From: Verrucomicrobiota bacterium
GTDB taxonomy: Bacteria; Verrucomicrobiota; Verrucomicrobiia; Limisphaerales; UBA9464
Reading direction: 5' to 3'
Assembly (NCBI GenBank): GCA_026397755.1
Contig: JAPLUF010000118.1
Coordinates: forward strand, 1-49,905
DNA length: 49,905 nt
Positions 11,208-20,500 of the stretch are shown one piece after another. Each line of letters opens with the position of its first letter. The stretch's first letter is position 1. The translations under genes and the position numbers were made by a program. Under the pieces are notes generated by a model. It saw only the letters and a program-made list of their open reading frames with translations, ran no database searches and had not been told where the DNA came from.

Positions 11208-11636
11208 ATGAGCGAAACTTACACGTTATATAATTCCACGGTGATGGAGCACTTCATGAATCCTCGCAATATGGGGGATCTGAAGGATGCGGATGGTGTG
11301 GGTGAGGTGGGGGCCGCAGCCTGCGGAGACATCATGAAGATCTCCATTAAGATCAAGGACGGTCGAATTGAGGACGCCCGGTTCAAGACTTTCGGCTGCG
11401 GTTCAGCCATTGCCAGTTCGAGTATGGCCACCGAACTGATCAAGGGACGCACCATCGACGAGGCTATGTCCTTCTCCAACCAGGAGGTAGTAGATGCCCT
11501 CGGTGGGTTGCCTCCGGTCAAGATCCACTGCTCGGTCCTTGCTGAGGAGGCTCTCAAGGCCGCATTGGAGGATTATGTGAAGAGAAACCCTTCCGCGGCC
11601 GCCAAGGCGGCGACGACGGATTCGGTTGCTGCTTAA
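11208..11636 (+). CDS. iscU: Fe-S cluster assembly scaffold IscU/NifU-N
   Basis: 142 aa. GAAACGD, FKTFGCGSAIASSS, LPPVKIHCSVLAEEAL (three ligand Cys plus Asp). Confidence 0.9.
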   Translation: MSETYTLYNSTVMEHFMNPRNMGDLKDADGVGEVGAAACGDIMKISIKIKDGRIEDARFKTFGCGSAIASSSMATELIKGRTIDEAMSFSNQEVVDALGGLPPVKIHCSVLAEEALKAALEDYVKRNPSAAAKAATTDSVAA

Positions 11637-11789
11637 TTTGCTTATCTTGAGTGGCCTGCAGTCGGAGGAAGTTTCGAGGACTGCAGGCTTTCTTGGTGAT
11701 TTGAAGCCGTTCCCGGTCCATTGCTGTCGGCATACCGGGGTTATTCTCAGCCAACTCTGCACCGTCTGATTCCCCTGATTGTTTCATCC

Positions 11790-13055
11790 ATGCGCCAGGT
11801 TTTCCTTGATCACCAGTCTTCGACTCCGGTCCTCCCGGAGGTCTTCGATGCCATGCGGCCGTACTTCACCGAGTACTTTGGTAATGCTTCCTCGCTCCAC
11901 CAGCATGGCCTTCGGGTCCGGGACGCTCTGAAGCGCGCGCGCCAGCAAATGGCCGCATTGATCGGCGCCGAGAGCGAAGAGGAGATCTACTTTACTTCGG
12001 ATGGCACCGAATCCTCTAACTTGGCCATCAAGGGCGCGGCCTATGCGAACGAACGCAAGGGCAAGCACTTGGTGATTTCCGCGACGGAGCATCCGAGTGT
12101 GATGAACTCCTTGGAGTTCTTGGAAAAGCAGGGGTGGACCTGCACTCGAGTCGGTGTGACGCCTCAGGGGATGATTCGGTTGGACGAACTCGAGGCAGCC
12201 ATCACGCCCCAGACGGTGCTTGTGGCGGTGCACCATGTGAACCACGACATCGGTACTATTCAACCGATGCGTGAGGTGGGGCAGATTTGTGCCACCAAAA
12301 ACGTGCCCCTTTATGTGGACTGTGAGGCCAGTGCCGGGTGGTTGCCCATTGATGTGAAGGAGTGGGGGGCGGCCATGGTGAGTTTCTCTCCCCATCGGTT
12401 CTACGGTCCCAAAGGGGTTGGTGTGCTCTACCGCAATCGCAAAGCCCGCATCGTCAGTGTGATCCATGGTGGGGTGCAGGAAGGGGGGCGTCGGGCTGGC
12501 ACCGAGAATATTCCGGCTATCGTGGGTGGCGGAGTGGCTGCAGAAATTGCTCAGGAACGGCTGTCACAACGGGTTACGCACGTGGCTCCGTTGCAGAAAC
12601 GGCTTTGGGAAGGGTTGAAGCTGAATGTTCCTTACATCCAGCTCAACGGCCCGGAACCGGGCCCCGATCGCGTCGCGACTAATTTGAATCTTTCAACCGA
12701 GTTCATCGAGGGCGAGGGTCAGTTGCTGCTCTGCGACATGAACGGAATCGCCGTGGCGAGTGGATCGAGTTGCGTGAGCAAGAGTCTCAAGATCTCCCAT
12801 GTCCTGGGAGCCATTGGCTTGGATCATGCACTGGCACAAGGGAACATCATTATGACCCTTGGCGAGGCCAATACCGAAGCCGACATCGACTACGTGGTTG
12901 AAACCTTCGCCAAAATTGCTTCCAAGCTCCGGGGGATGTCCCCGATGTGGGATGAGTTTGAACACGGTGTGATCGACTCGGTCATCGCACCCACCGGTCG
13001 TGGAAAGTCCTTCAGCCAGCATGCGGCGGAAGTGTCTGGAAAGCCGGCGCACTAG
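11790..13055 (+). CDS. IscS/NifS-like class V aminotransferase (cysteine desulfurase homologue) with Arg in place of the PLP lysine
   Basis: Start trimmed to ATG 11790 (MRQVFLDHQSSTPV...). ATEHPSV, YVDCEAS, SFSPHRFYGPKGVGVLY (canonical SFSGHKIYGPKG), catalytic loop ASGSSCVS, IscS-type tail SPMWDEF. Confidence 0.85.
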   Translation: MRQVFLDHQSSTPVLPEVFDAMRPYFTEYFGNASSLHQHGLRVRDALKRARQQMAALIGAESEEEIYFTSDGTESSNLAIKGAAYANERKGKHLVISATEHPSVMNSLEFLEKQGWTCTRVGVTPQGMIRLDELEAAITPQTVLVAVHHVNHDIGTIQPMREVGQICATKNVPLYVDCEASAGWLPIDVKEWGAAMVSFSPHRFYGPKGVGVLYRNRKARIVSVIHGGVQEGGRRAGTENIPAIVGGGVAAEIAQERLSQRVTHVAPLQKRLWEGLKLNVPYIQLNGPEPGPDRVATNLNLSTEFIEGEGQLLLCDMNGIAVASGSSCVSKSLKISHVLGAIGLDHALAQGNIIMTLGEANTEADIDYVVETFAKIASKLRGMSPMWDEFEHGVIDSVIAPTGRGKSFSQHAAEVSGKPAH

Positions 13056-13152
13056 ACGCGATCCGCAGAGGTGCAACCCCTTGATCAGAGGCCGTTTTCG
13101 TGAGCACCTGCACTGATTTGCACAATTTGATTCCTGCAATAACATTCCGTTT

Positions 13153-14157
13153 ATGACCATAAACATGACTTTGGCTCATGCCTTGACCGTGTCGGCCTTC
13201 TTGCTGGTTCCTGCTGCAGTGAATGCTGCCACTCCGTCGGAGTTGCGAGCGGGTGCCTTGAAGGTGCTGGAGCCTATTCCTGAGAAAATGACGGGTGGCG
13301 AAAACGACACTCCGGCTCGTGTAAAACTTGGTCGGGACTTGTTTTTTGAGAAGAAGCTCTCGGCCAACAATACCCAATCTTGCAACTCCTGCCATGCGGT
13401 GGATCACAACCGTGGCGGCGTGGACAATGAGCCAACTTCTCCAGGTGCCTTCGGCAAGCGGGGTGGTCGCAATTCACCGACAGTGCTCAACGCTGGCTTC
13501 CATGTTGCTCAGTTCTGGGATGGTCGCGCCAAGACCTTAGAGGATCAGGCCAAGGGACCCGTGCTCAACCCCGGTGAAATGGCCATGCCCAGCGAGGCGG
13601 CGGTGATCGAGAAGCTTAAGGCGGAAAAAAAGTACGTCGGAGCCTTCAAGAAGGCGTTCCCAGGCGAGTCCGATCCGGTTACTTACGACAATTTTGCCAA
13701 AGCCGTCGGCTCATTCGAGCGAACCCTCCGTACGCACGACCGATTTGATGATTTTCTTAAAGGTGACAACAAGGCTCTCACCGCTACCGAACTGAAGGGA
13801 CTCGACACCTTCTTGTCGATCGGGTGCACCACCTGACATACAGGTCCTCTCATCGGAGGCAACGACTACAAGAAGCTCGGAATCCTTAACGCCTACGAAA
13901 ACACCGCGGACAAGGGGCGTATGGAGGTGACCAAGGAAGACTACGACGAATTCGTTTTCAAGGTGCCTAGCCTACGCAACGTCGCCCTGACTGCGCCGTA
14001 CTTCCACGACGGCACCCAGAAGACTTTGGAGCAAACGGTCCAGAAGATGGCTTGGCTGCAATTGGGCAAGAAGCTCTCCGCCGAAGAAACGAGCAACCTG
14101 ACAGCCTTCCTCCGGGCGCTTTCCGACAAGAAGCGGTCGGTCGTCGCGGCCAAGTGA
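13153..14157 (+). pseudogene. Di-haem cytochrome c peroxidase (CCP/MauG family) interrupted by one in-frame TGA (13834-13836) at the second Cys of the second CXXCH
   Basis: ORFs 13153-13836 and 13921-14157 are in the same frame. First haem site is CNSCH. The second reads GCTT-TGA-HTGP. Downstream conserved FKVPSLRNVALTAPYFHDG is intact. Signal peptide is present. Confidence 0.8.
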
Positions 14158-14178
14158 ACTGCTGACGAATTTATTTCA

Positions 14179-14217
14179 GGGGTGGAGCCGTCCTTTCGGA
14201 TGCTCCACCCCCTTTTT
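14179..14217 (+). terminator. Rho-independent terminator after the peroxidase gene
   Basis: 10-bp GC-rich stem ggggtggagc / gctccacccc (14179-14188 / 14202-14211) followed by cttttta. Confidence 0.75.
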
Positions 14218-14256
14218 ACAACGGCTAAGACCCTCGTATTCCGAACAAAATCATCC

Positions 14257-15324
14257 ATGGCAACCATTCAAGAGTCCTCCGTGATGGAGGCGCTGCGCAC
14301 GGTCAAGTACCCCGGATACAGCCGGGACATCGTCTCCTTCGGATTGGTGAAAGGGGTTCAGATTGACGGTGGCGCAGTGGGAGTGCTTCTTGAATTGACC
14401 ACCCCGAATCCGGAGATCGGCAATCAAATCGCCGATGCAGCTAAGGCCGCATTGCGGGACCAGATCGAGGGGATCACTGACGCCCATGTGCAGGTTCAGG
14501 TACCACCGCCGACCTCGGCAGTTTCGGCTACTCCGACCAATACCGGGGTTGCTCAGCGCAATCGCATGCCCGGAGTCCGTCGGGTGGTTGCGGTGGCTTC
14601 GGGCAAGGGAGGGGTCGGTAAGTCTACTTGCTCGGTCAATTTGGCGTGCGCCTTGGCGCGTGCCGGATTGCGGGTAGGGCTTTTGGATTGTGACATCTAC
14701 GGCCCGAGCATTCCGCTGATGATGGGTATCCAGGAGCGGCCCACCCTCACCGATGATGAGCGCTTGGTGCCACCGGTGCGCCATGGGGTGAAACTCATGA
14801 GCATGGGCTTTCTCATTGATCCGGAACAGGCCGTCATCTGGCGTGGGCCGATGATCCAGAAAACCATCCATCAGTTCATTAATCAGGTGGCGTGGGGTGA
14901 CTTGGACTACTTGTTGGTGGATCTGCCGCCGGGCACCGGCGATGCCCAGTTGTCCTTGTGCCAGTCGGTGCCGCTGGATGGAGGCGTCATCATCACTACA
15001 CCGCAGGAAGCCTCCTTGGGAGTGGTTCGCAAGGGGATGTCGCTCTTTGAGAAGGTTCAGGTTCCGATCCTGGGTATCGTGGAGAACATGAGTGGTTTCC
15101 GTCTCGCTGATGGAACACGCGTGGACATCTTCGGACATGGCGGCGGGCGTCTTGAAGCCGAGCGCAAAGGAGTCACGTTTCTGGGAGAAATTCCGTTGGT
15201 TGTCGCGATCCGCGAGGGCGGGGATCGTGGCGAACCGGTGGTGGTGGCCGACCCGATGGGTGAGGCGGCCCGGGCCTTTTCAGCGGTGGCTGCCGGGTTG
15301 CAGCAATGCTTTCCGGGCGGCTGA
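14257..15324 (+). CDS. apbC: Mrp/NBP35/ApbC-family Fe-S cluster carrier ATPase with N-terminal DUF59-like domain
   Basis: Start trimmed to ATG 14257, downstream of the terminator. VKYPGYSRDIVSFGLV (DUF59-like), deviant Walker A VASGKGGVGKST, DLPPGTGD, CxxC absent but ENMSGF present. Confidence 0.85.
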   Translation: MATIQESSVMEALRTVKYPGYSRDIVSFGLVKGVQIDGGAVGVLLELTTPNPEIGNQIADAAKAALRDQIEGITDAHVQVQVPPPTSAVSATPTNTGVAQRNRMPGVRRVVAVASGKGGVGKSTCSVNLACALARAGLRVGLLDCDIYGPSIPLMMGIQERPTLTDDERLVPPVRHGVKLMSMGFLIDPEQAVIWRGPMIQKTIHQFINQVAWGDLDYLLVDLPPGTGDAQLSLCQSVPLDGGVIITTPQEASLGVVRKGMSLFEKVQVPILGIVENMSGFRLADGTRVDIFGHGGGRLEAERKGVTFLGEIPLVVAIREGGDRGEPVVVADPMGEAARAFSAVAAGLQQCFPGG

Positions 15325-15393
15325 ACTTGGGTCGATCTTAGGATGAAAACCTTGGGCATTGCCGACTAGGCCTGCTGCAGCAATCCTCCAACC

Positions 15394-16161
15394 GTGTTTC
15401 GTGAACTGGGCAAGATGCTGGTGCTTTTTGGGGCGACCCTGAGGGCATTGCCGAGGATTTTTCGCTATCGGCGTAATTTGGCCGAGCAGTTGTTCGAGAT
15501 TGGCAACGCCAGTCTCTTCATGGCGTGCGTGCTCTCGCTCTTCATTGGCGGCGTGTTGTCGTTGCAGGCGGGGCCATTGCTGGCTCAGCGAGGTCTCGGT
15601 TCCATGCTGGGCGGCTTGGTCGGTGCCTCGCTCGCTAAAGAACTGGGGCCGGTGATGATGTCGATCCTCATCGCGGGTCGCATCGGTTCGGCGATGGCGG
15701 CCGAGTTGGGATCCATGAGGGTTTACCAAGAAATCGATGCTCTGCGCACCCTGAACATCGACCCGGTCGAGTACCTCGTGCTTCCGCGGGTTGTCGCCAT
15801 ATCACTGGCACTGCCATGCCTGCTGGTGTTTTCGCTGCTCATTGGTTCAGCTGGCGGCGCCTTCGTGGCGGCCCTCAACCCGGAAGTGGCGGTGTCGGCC
15901 ACGGCCTTCTTCAACAGTCTCAAGGCGACTTTGGAACCGCGGGACATCATCCACGGACTGATTAAGACATTCCTCTTCGCCATAACGGTGGGTGTGGTCT
16001 GCTGCAATCAGGGCCTCGACACCATGGGCGGTCCTCGCGGAATCGGTCGCAGCGTTACCAAGGCGGTTGTGAACTCGATCGTGTTCATTCTAGTGCTCGA
16101 CTATGTCATCACTCGGATGCTCTTACCGTTCACTAAGGCCTCGATGGCGGGAGGGTTTTAA
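15394..16161 (+). CDS. mlaE: MlaE-family ABC transporter permease
   Basis: 255 aa, GTG start, multi-TM. EIGNASLFMACVLSLFIGGVLSLQ and MRVYQEIDALRTLNIDPVEYLVLPRV are typical of MlaE/Ttg2B. Confidence 0.8.
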   Translation: MFRELGKMLVLFGATLRALPRIFRYRRNLAEQLFEIGNASLFMACVLSLFIGGVLSLQAGPLLAQRGLGSMLGGLVGASLAKELGPVMMSILIAGRIGSAMAAELGSMRVYQEIDALRTLNIDPVEYLVLPRVVAISLALPCLLVFSLLIGSAGGAFVAALNPEVAVSATAFFNSLKATLEPRDIIHGLIKTFLFAITVGVVCCNQGLDTMGGPRGIGRSVTKAVVNSIVFILVLDYVITRMLLPFTKASMAGGF

Positions 16162-16166
16162 AATCC

Positions 16167-16925
16167 ATGACTTCTGCGAAGATCGATGAATCGGGCGTGT
16201 CCGTCCGAGTCCAACAGCTCCGAAAATCCTTCGGTTCCCAGATCGTTCTCGACGGCGTTGACCTTGAGATTCAACCCGGGGAGATCTTTGTTCTAATGGG
16301 TCCGAGCGGTTCCGGGAAATCGGTGTTGCTGCGCCATTTGATCGGACTCGAGACGGCCGATTCTGGGGAGATTCGCCTCAACGATACCCGCATTGAGGAC
16401 GAAGGCGTCCGCGATCGGTTCCGCTTGGCCATGGTGTTCCAGAGCGGGGGCCTACTCAACTCACTGACGGTGGGTGAAAATGTTGGCCTTTATCTGTCGG
16501 AACACCGCCTGAAACCCGCGGCAGAGATCGAGCGGATCGTTCAAGAGAAACTGGCGTTGGTGCATCTGGGGCCGAAGGATTCCCTGAAGTATCCGTCGGA
16601 ACTTTCGGGCGGCATGAAGAAACGCGTAGCCATTGCTCGGGCATTGGTAATGGAGCCGCAGGTTGTTCTTTACGATGAGCCGACTAGTGAATTGGATCCG
16701 CTGGTCGCAGTGACGGTCGGACGAGAAATTGTGCGGGCCAATGCCGTGACCCGAGCCACCACGCTGGTGGTGACCCATGATCGCGACCTCGCTTTCGGTA
16801 TTGCCAATCGTATCGCCTTCCTCAGCGAAGGGCGGATCGTGGCCGTGGGCGCGCCAGAAGTGATTCGTGCTTCGCAGGATCCGTTAATCCGTCGATTTCT
16901 TTCCGCCGATTTTACTCGGGATTGA
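16167..16925 (+). CDS. mlaF: MlaF-like ABC transporter ATP-binding protein
   Basis: Walker A GPSGSGKS, signature LSGGMKKRVAIARAL, Walker B VVLYDEPTSELD. Confidence 0.88.
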   Translation: MTSAKIDESGVSVRVQQLRKSFGSQIVLDGVDLEIQPGEIFVLMGPSGSGKSVLLRHLIGLETADSGEIRLNDTRIEDEGVRDRFRLAMVFQSGGLLNSLTVGENVGLYLSEHRLKPAAEIERIVQEKLALVHLGPKDSLKYPSELSGGMKKRVAIARALVMEPQVVLYDEPTSELDPLVAVTVGREIVRANAVTRATTLVVTHDRDLAFGIANRIAFLSEGRIVAVGAPEVIRASQDPLIRRFLSADFTRD

Positions 16926-17011
16926 ACGGTTGCCCCGATTTTCCAGCGTCACTAGTCCCACTCGGTTAGTCACCACTGGCTCCGGTTCGAACTGCTAGAT
17001 AGCATGGGTCC

Positions 17012-20000
17012 ATGCGAGGGTTTTTCTCTTGGATCAGTCCATGGCTGTTGGGGGGTATCGCAGCACTGGCGTTGCAGGCCGATGAGGCTCGGTTGTTGCG
17101 GTTTCCTTCTCTGAATGGAAATCGGGTGGTGTTCACCTATGCCGGTGATCTTTATACCGTCTCGGCCTTGGGAGGGGTGGCCCGACGACTGACCTCCGAC
17201 CCGAAAGGGTTTGAAATGTTCGCCCGCTTTTCGCCCGACGGCAAAACACTGGCCTTCACCGGCCAATATGACGGAAACACCGAGGTCTATGTGATGCCTT
17301 CCGAGGGTGGCGAACCCCGGCGGCTTACCCATACCGCGACCCTGGAACGGGACGATGTCTCGGACCGGATGGGCCCCAACAACATTGTCATGGCCTGGAA
17401 GGACAATGAGACGGTGGTGTACCGTTCGCGCCGGAACCATTGGAACCCGTTCAAAGGTGAACTCACCTTGGCCCGTCTCTCGGGCGGCGTTCCGGAGACG
17501 TTGCCGGTGCCCCGCGGCGGTTGGTGCAGTTTCTCGCCGGATGGTCGGCAGATGGCCTACAATCGAGTGTTTCGTGAGTTTCGCACCTGGAAGCGCTACC
17601 GAGGCGGCCAGGCCGATGAAATCTGGTTGCACGATTTTGGGACGGGTCAGACCACCCGACTGACCACCGATCCCGCACAAGACATCTTCCCCATGTGGCA
17701 CGGAGATAAGATGTACTTCGTCTCGGAACGCGAGGAGTCCCATCAAGCCAACCTCTACGTGATGGACATGAAGACCCGGAAGCCCCGCCGACTGACCGAG
17801 TTCACGGAATTCGCCGTCAAGTTCCCCTCGATGGGTGACACGGGCATCGTCTTCGAGAATGGCGGGTATTTGTACCGCCTGGATTTCCAGACGGAGAAAG
17901 CGGTGCGGATTCCGGTGGAAATTCATGAAGACATGGCGATCGGCCGCGGTGGTTTGCGTGATGTCAGCAAGGAGATCACTACTTATGAAATTGCCCCGGA
18001 TGGTGCTCGTGGGTTGATCGGTGCACGGGGGGATGTGTTCACGGTGCCGGCCAAGAACGGGGCCGCCCGCAACCTGACGCAATCACCTGGGGTGCATGAG
18101 CGCAATGCGGTGTGGTCTCCGGACGGAAAATGGATCGGCTATGTCAGTGACCAAAGTGGCGGGGATGAGGTTTGGATCCGCCCGCAAGAGGGATCGGGTG
18201 AACCGCGGGCGCTGACCTCTGGGGCCGACACCTACAAGTACGAGATCGCCTGGTCTCCCGATTCCAAACGCATCGCCTGGACCGACAAGCTCAACCGCCT
18301 CCAATTCGTGGAGGTGGAGTCGAAGCTGGTGACTCAGGTGGCTCAATCAGACGCCTTCGAAATCCGCGATTTCGTCTGGTCTCCGGACGGCCAGTGGTTG
18401 GCGTTCACGCAACCGGAGGTGCGACGATTCGCGAACATCTACCTCTACGGGTTGGCACAGAAAAATCAGGTCCAAGTCACCGATGGGTGGTTTGATGTGG
18501 GTTCGCCGGAATTCAGCAGCGACGGCAAGTACCTGTTCTTCATCTCAGAGCGCTCCTTCAATCCCTCCTACGGCCAGACGGAGTGGAACCACACTTACAG
18601 CGACATGGAGCGGATCTACCTGGTCACATTGGCCGCCGCCACGAAGTCGCCCTTGGCGCCGAAGTCCGACGAGGTGAAACCGCGCGACGACAAGGCAGCA
18701 GTCAGCGGCACCGAGGCCAAAGCGGCTTCCGACAAAGACAAAGACAAGGACGGAGACGTGGCCAAGGCCGCCAAGCCCTCCAAGGTGGTGGTGAGCGTGG
18801 ACGTCGAGGGGTTAACTCAGCGCATCATCGTGCTGCCACCTTCGGCCTCGAATTACGGATCGCTGTCCTCGGTGGGCGACAAGCTGTTCTATGTGAAGAA
18901 GGGCAAGCTCCACCTCTTCGACCTGGAGAAGGAAAAGGAGACAGAGTTGGGCGAGGCGGCTGGGTTCCGGGTCTCGGCCGACCGCAAGAAGATGCTGGTC
19001 AAGGTGGGCTCAGATTTGGCGATTCTGGATCTTCCTTCCGCCAAGCTCGATCTCACCGATCGCAAGCTGAGCTTGAGCGACCTGAAGGTGCGTCTGGATC
19101 GCCGGGCGGAGTGGAACCAGATTTACAACGAATGCTGGCGTCAGATGCGGGATTTCCTCTTCGATCCGAAGCTGCACGGCGTGGACTGGGCGGGCATGCG
19201 CCGCCGTTATGAGCCCTTGCTGGCACATGTGCAGCATCGGGCCGACCTCACCTTCATTATCGGGGAGATGATCGGGGAGTTGAACATTGGACACGCCTAT
19301 GTGGGCGGCGGTGATTTGCCCAAGCCAGAGCGGATTCCCCTGGGGTTGCTCGGGGCGGTCATTCAGCCCGATGCCAGTGGTTATTTCCGCATCGAGCGCA
19401 TTCTCCGCGGACACAACTGGGACTCCAAGTATCGAAGTCCGCTGACGGAGATCGGTGTCGAAATCCGTCCCGGTGACTACATCCTGGCTGTTCAAGGGCA
19501 ATCTACCCGGAGCATGACGGATTTGTATTCGGCCTTGGTGGGCACGGCCGGCAAGCCCGTTGTTCTGCGGGTGAACCGGGAACCCAAAGAAGAAGGTGCT
19601 CGTGACCAGACGGTGATTCCCACGGCGGACGAACATCCGCTCTATTACCTCGATTGGGTCTTGGGGAACATCGACAAAGTGGACAAGGCCAGTGGCGGCA
19701 AGATCGGCTATGTGCATATCCCCGACATGGGGGTTCCGGGACTCAACGAGTTCGCCAAGTTCTACTACCCACAGCTCCACAAGGAAGCGCTCGTGGTGGA
19801 TTGCCGTGGCAATGGCGGCGGGAACGTCTCACCGATGATCATCGAGCGCCTGCGGCGTGAACCGGCGATGTGGACGGTGGCGCGCAACGGCGCGGTGAAC
19901 GTGGATCCCAGCGGTCAGGTGTTGGGGCCCAAGGTGCTGCTCATCGACCAGCACAGCGCCAGCGATGGCGACATCGTCGGCTATCGTTTCCGGAAGCATC

Positions 20001-20305
20001 GGCTAGGGCCAATCATCGGTCAGCGTTCGTGGGGCGGGGTGGTGGGCATCCGGGGCAGCTTACCGTTGCTGGATGGAGGCATTCTGAACCGGCCCGAGTT
20101 CAGCCGCTTCGACCTCGAAGCCAAGGAATGGATCATGGAAGGCACCGGAGTGGAGCCGGACATCGAAGTCGACAATGATCCGACCCGTGAGTTTTCGGGC
20201 ATTGACGACCAACTCAACCGCGCTATCGCCGAGCTAAAAAAAGCGATGGAAGCCAAGCCGGTGAAGATCCCGCAACCGCCGGCCTATCCTGATAAGTCGA
20301 AGTGA
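17012..20305 (+). CDS. Tricorn protease homologue (S41 peptidase with beta-propeller, PDZ and C-terminal peptidase domains)
   Basis: 1097 aa. LLRFPSLNGNRVVFTYAGDLYTV, FSPDGKTLAFTGQYDGNTEVYVM, repeated WSPDG motifs, C-terminal S41-like region IDQHSASDGDI. Confidence 0.85.
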   Translation: MRGFFSWISPWLLGGIAALALQADEARLLRFPSLNGNRVVFTYAGDLYTVSALGGVARRLTSDPKGFEMFARFSPDGKTLAFTGQYDGNTEVYVMPSEGGEPRRLTHTATLERDDVSDRMGPNNIVMAWKDNETVVYRSRRNHWNPFKGELTLARLSGGVPETLPVPRGGWCSFSPDGRQMAYNRVFREFRTWKRYRGGQADEIWLHDFGTGQTTRLTTDPAQDIFPMWHGDKMYFVSEREESHQANLYVMDMKTRKPRRLTEFTEFAVKFPSMGDTGIVFENGGYLYRLDFQTEKAVRIPVEIHEDMAIGRGGLRDVSKEITTYEIAPDGARGLIGARGDVFTVPAKNGAARNLTQSPGVHERNAVWSPDGKWIGYVSDQSGGDEVWIRPQEGSGEPRALTSGADTYKYEIAWSPDSKRIAWTDKLNRLQFVEVESKLVTQVAQSDAFEIRDFVWSPDGQWLAFTQPEVRRFANIYLYGLAQKNQVQVTDGWFDVGSPEFSSDGKYLFFISERSFNPSYGQTEWNHTYSDMERIYLVTLAAATKSPLAPKSDEVKPRDDKAAVSGTEAKAASDKDKDKDGDVAKAAKPSKVVVSVDVEGLTQRIIVLPPSASNYGSLSSVGDKLFYVKKGKLHLFDLEKEKETELGEAAGFRVSADRKKMLVKVGSDLAILDLPSAKLDLTDRKLSLSDLKVRLDRRAEWNQIYNECWRQMRDFLFDPKLHGVDWAGMRRRYEPLLAHVQHRADLTFIIGEMIGELNIGHAYVGGGDLPKPERIPLGLLGAVIQPDASGYFRIERILRGHNWDSKYRSPLTEIGVEIRPGDYILAVQGQSTRSMTDLYSALVGTAGKPVVLRVNREPKEEGARDQTVIPTADEHPLYYLDWVLGNIDKVDKASGGKIGYVHIPDMGVPGLNEFAKFYYPQLHKEALVVDCRGNGGGNVSPMIIERLRREPAMWTVARNGAVNVDPSGQVLGPKVLLIDQHSASDGDIVGYRFRKHRLGPIIGQRSWGGVVGIRGSLPLLDGGILNRPEFSRFDLEAKEWIMEGTGVEPDIEVDNDPTREFSGIDDQLNRAIAELKKAMEAKPVKIPQPPAYPDKSK

Positions 20306-20500
20306 GGGGCGGGATCTAGGGGTCACCAAAACGGCTTTGCCCCCAGTCCGGATCGGAGGCTTGTTTTCTGTGGCGGGCGGGGCAGTGGCCTATTGCCCAA
20401 GGAGCCCGCGTGCCTGAAGGCCCAGCTTCATCCTTTCGGCGCGGGGATCCCGGATTTGATGGGTTTCCCGGTGGGAGACTGAACGGGGTCCCGGAGGCGA

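Noticed and set aside
14251-15138. 295-aa minus-strand ORF
   Set aside because: It is antisense to the Mrp/ApbC gene, which has a clear deviant Walker A and a DUF59 region. Shadow ORF.
16970-18082. 370-aa minus-strand ORF
   Set aside because: It is antisense to the tricorn-protease gene. The sequence is Arg/Gly/His/Pro-rich with no recognisable domain, so I treat it as a high-GC shadow ORF.
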